The notes under the pieces: model-generated
The model's input: the letters and a program-made list of their open reading frames with translations, nothing else
The model's database searches: none
What the model was told of the DNA's origin: nothing
IMG/VR virus record: IMGVR_UViG_2886212900_000002
Span: 1-42,640 of that record
Source of the DNA: a virus
Reading direction: 5' to 3' (one strand)
DNA: 42,640 bases
Shown: piece by piece, positions 40,477 through 42,640 of the stretch
How the letters are laid out: every line of letters begins with the position of its first letter
How positions within the stretch are numbered: the first letter of the stretch is position 1
Translations under genes and position numbers: made by a program

Positions 40477-41292
40477 ATGTTGACCACAACTATTACAACC
40501 GGTAATTTTAAAGGCGGAGTTGGAAAAACAACTAATGCTGTTATGATTGCTTACACCTTATCCAATAGAGGGAAAAAATCCTTAATAGTAGATCTTGATC
40601 CACAAGCTAATGCTACAGACTTGCTGTTTACAACAATGAGCCAAGTGTATGGAACTAAACCTGATTTTAGTGAAACGCTTGAAGTTGCTTTAAAAAAAGG
40701 TAGTTTAGAAAATGCAATTGTTCATGTAAATGATAACTTAGATTTACTTCCTTCGGATGATGATTTACAGAACTATGATAAATTTCTGAGCTCTTCGTTT
40801 CCTGATGACTACACACAAGATCATTATTTCTCTAAACTATTATCAAAAATTTCAAGTAAATATGATTTTGTAATATTGGACGTTCCCCCACAATTAAACA
40901 AATTTACTGATTCCGCTTTGGTTGCAAGTGATTACGTTATTGTTATTTTGCAAACCCAAGAGCGCTCATTGCGAGGGGCAGAAACATACGTTAAGCACTT
41001 ATTGCAAATCAAAGACGATTACTCTCTCGACATTGATTTGTTAGGCGTTTTACCTGTCTTACAACAAAACGGAAATGATTTAGATTTAGACGTTATCGAA
41101 GATGCAACTACAAGCTTCGGTAATGCAAATATGTTTAAACAAAAGGTGCGTCAGATGGCTAGATTAAAACGATTTGATCGCACTGGTATAACAAATAATG
41201 CTAGCCATGACATAAACGACAGAAGGGTTCACCATCTTTATGATTTGGTTGTAGATGAATTATTAGAACGTTTAAAATTGATTAGAGGTTAA
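40477..41292 (+). CDS. parA: ParA-family partition ATPase (deviant Walker A)
   Basis: MLTTTITTGNFKGGVGKTTNAVMIAYTL...LIVDLDPQANATDLL...FVILDVPP. The ATG at 40477 lies 7 nt after AAGGA. The track ORF starts at the GTG at 40471. Confidence 0.85.
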   Translation: MLTTTITTGNFKGGVGKTTNAVMIAYTLSNRGKKSLIVDLDPQANATDLLFTTMSQVYGTKPDFSETLEVALKKGSLENAIVHVNDNLDLLPSDDDLQNYDKFLSSSFPDDYTQDHYFSKLLSKISSKYDFVILDVPPQLNKFTDSALVASDYVIVILQTQERSLRGAETYVKHLLQIKDDYSLDIDLLGVLPVLQQNGNDLDLDVIEDATTSFGNANMFKQKVRQMARLKRFDRTGITNNASHDINDRRVHHLYDLVVDELLERLKLIRG

Positions 41293-41295
41293 AAA

Positions 41296-41652
41296 ATGAC
41301 TGCTAACGATAAAATGGGATTAGGTGCTTTTGGAGAAACTAGAAAGAATAAAACCACACGACCTCAGAAAATTGAGCCACAAAAATTTGAAGAACAACAC
41401 AGAAGCATGCCAAATGACCAAGTACTAATTAAACCAAAACGTAGATTGACAGCAAAAGATACTCCAAAGTCTGTCCAGGCACAATTAGACACTCATATGG
41501 CCATAAAGCAAATAGCTACCATTGAAAATAAGCGAAACTATGAGGTTCTCAACGAAATCGTTGAAAGCTATGTTCAGAATATGCCGAACCAAAGCAAAAA
41601 ATTAGTAATAGATAGTGTTAGAGCTGTTCAACAAAATATGCGAGATTTTTAA
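41296..41652 (+). CDS. Small ParB/ParG-like centromere-binding adaptor (pAD1 RepC / pCF10 PrgO-type position)
   Basis: 118 aa, basic disordered N-terminus and helical C-terminus. Starts 4 nt after the parA stop. Function inferred from context only. Confidence 0.5.
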   Translation: MTANDKMGLGAFGETRKNKTTRPQKIEPQKFEEQHRSMPNDQVLIKPKRRLTAKDTPKSVQAQLDTHMAIKQIATIENKRNYEVLNEIVESYVQNMPNQSKKLVIDSVRAVQQNMRDF

Positions 41653-41654
41653 AT

Positions 41655-41682
41655 ATCTATAGATCTATAATTCTATAGAACG
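41655..41682. repeat. Second, short CTATAG/CTATAA cluster downstream of the par operon
   Basis: atCTATAGatCTATAAttCTATAGaacg directly after the parB-like stop. Confidence 0.7.
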
Positions 41683-41787
41683 AAAATTTTGTAGAACTAC
41701 CAGATTAACGAATATCACTGCGTCCTCAGACGACACGTTCAACTTTTATACGTATACTTGTCCGTTTAAATGAAGCAGAATACACGC

Positions 41788-41826
41788 AAAAAAGCCACCC
41801 ACCTCGTAAGAGATGAGTGGCTTTTT
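41788..41826. terminator. Bidirectional terminator between the par operon and the lysis module
   Basis: AAAAAA-GCCACCCAC...GAGTGGC-TTTTT. Confidence 0.65.
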
Positions 41827-41864
41827 GGTTGCGTCAACTTTAAAGGATTAACTTAATCCTAGCA

Positions 41865-42137
41865 CTATTTATTTTTTAATTCACGTACATCGCCTTCAAC
41901 ATTGTCTAAGCGTTCGTTGATAACTTTGTGCTCGCTTCTGCTAGCGATAAAATCTTGACGCAGCGTATTTTGCGAATCGAACAGACGCTCAATCCGCTGG
42001 CTACTATCCTTCATACTTTGAGCAATTTCTTGCAGCCGATCCGTGAAGGGCTTCATGACAACCATCAAAGCCGCATAGATACCTGCAACTACAGCTAAAG
42101 CCAAGGTGACTAATTCGATCCAACGATCAAAGGTCAT
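41865..42137 (-). CDS. Membrane-anchored coiled-coil protein downstream of the lysin (lysis accessory?)
   Basis: 90 aa with an N-terminal TM helix (LVTLALAVVAGIYAALMVV) followed by a coiled coil. The ATG overlaps the lysin stop (TAATG). Confidence 0.5.
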   Translation of the reverse strand: MTFDRWIELVTLALAVVAGIYAALMVVMKPFTDRLQEIAQSMKDSSQRIERLFDSQNTLRQDFIASRSEHKVINERLDNVEGDVRELKNK

Positions 42138-42640
42138 TACTTACCACCCGACTTTCTAACCAATTTTACGTAGTCCTTATTAGCTGAAATGTAACCAACG
42201 TCAGTCTTAATCCGGTACACCTTACCGTACTTGACGGCCTTACCGTAGATTGTACTGCCCTTGGAGAAGTGAATACGGCGCTTATTAGCCTTGTCTAGAT
42301 CTGGCTTACCATATACATTAACCTCACTGGTAATCACTTCGTACAGGCCGTTATCAGCCCAGTATGAGGCTTTCTTAGGAGTTACCTTGGTAGCCTTACC
42401 TGAAAGCTTACCATCAAAATCACGGCTGCAATCCACCCCATGCCCATTCCAATTATCGGTATTTTGCCAGGCATTGGCGTCGTTTACTCCTGGCCCATAA
42501 TTATTATAGGCTGCTACCCAGATTGCTTTATCAACTAACTGGGAACGATTAATCCGTCCAGAATTGAACCAGCTACCCGATCCGTACGTAATCACATTCT
42601 TGTACCCGTGACTAATCAGATACCGAAGGAATACGTTAAC
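42137..42640 (-). CDS. Endolysin, C-terminal part (end of the GH25 domain plus an SH3b-like cell-wall-binding region). The frame is open to the window end and continues at 399..1 after circularisation.
   Basis: ...GYKNVITYGSGSWFNSGRINRSQLVDKAIWVAAYNNYGPGV...YGKPDL...KGSTIYGKAVKYGKVYRIKTDVGYISANKDYVKL. The 'M' in the ORF track is an internal GTG Val. Confidence 0.85.
   Translation of the reverse strand, partial: VNVFLRYLISHGYKNVITYGSGSWFNSGRINRSQLVDKAIWVAAYNNYGPGVNDANAWQNTDNWNGHGVDCSRDFDGKLSGKATKVTPKKASYWADNGLYEVITSEVNVYGKPDLDKANKRRIHFSKGSTIYGKAVKYGKVYRIKTDVGYISANKDYVKLVRKSGGK
42563..42640. repeat. Terminal direct repeat, copy B (identical to 1..78)
   Basis: See copy A. Confidence 0.9.

Overview
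The window is one complete, circularly closed temperate siphovirus-type genome of about 42.56 kb. The first 78 nt (1..78) are identical to the last 78 nt (42563..42640). Joining them restores a single endolysin gene that the linear window cuts in two. There is no flanking host DNA.

Layout: almost everything is transcribed on the minus strand as one long early-to-late programme.
- Genetic switch and early genes (about 35.6 to 26.9 kb): Cro-like protein, Rha/KilAC antirepressor, Gp157, ERF recombinase, SSB, a DnaD-like initiator with internal iterons, a DnaC-like loader and an ArpU-like late regulator.
- A small tRNA / tRNA-like cluster (26.4 to 26.8 kb).
- Two tandem paralogous orphan Dam-like methyltransferases.
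- Packaging and head: HNH, small terminase (TerS) and large terminase (TerL), then an HK97-type head module.
- Tail module: a G/T chaperone pair with a canonical A_AAA_AAG slippery site, a 1504-aa tape measure protein (TMP) with two peptidoglycan hydrolase domains, the distal tail protein (Dit), the tail-associated lysin (Tal), and fibre/receptor-binding proteins.
- Lysis cassette: XkdX-like protein, LL-H-type holin and a GH25 lysin.

On the plus strand are the CI/LexA-like repressor, two small accessory genes and a ParA/ParB-like partition operon flanked by dense CTATAG repeat arrays.

The protein families and AT-rich composition look like a Lactobacillaceae phage. That host assignment is an impression, not a search result.

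Main point of interest: I can find no integrase or other recombinase. The place an integrase normally occupies, downstream of the repressor, instead holds:
- a secreted repeat protein,
- an ORF-poor, terminator- and promoter-rich stretch with candidate small RNAs,
- a stand-alone BRCT-domain ORF,
- a structured non-coding region,
- a plasmid-type partition cassette.
Together with the circular closure this argues for a phage-plasmid lifestyle.

Secondary points:
- tandem methyltransferase paralogues with different-length in-frame 9-bp (QQL)n arrays,
- aberrant tRNA-like RNAs,
- a large terminase interrupted inside its Walker A motif,
- a polybasic insert in the distal tail protein,
- a DUF2829/Tad2-like small protein,
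- an antisense-oriented accessory gene (moron) inside the early operon.

All functional calls come from reading the translated ORFs and motifs. No database search was run.
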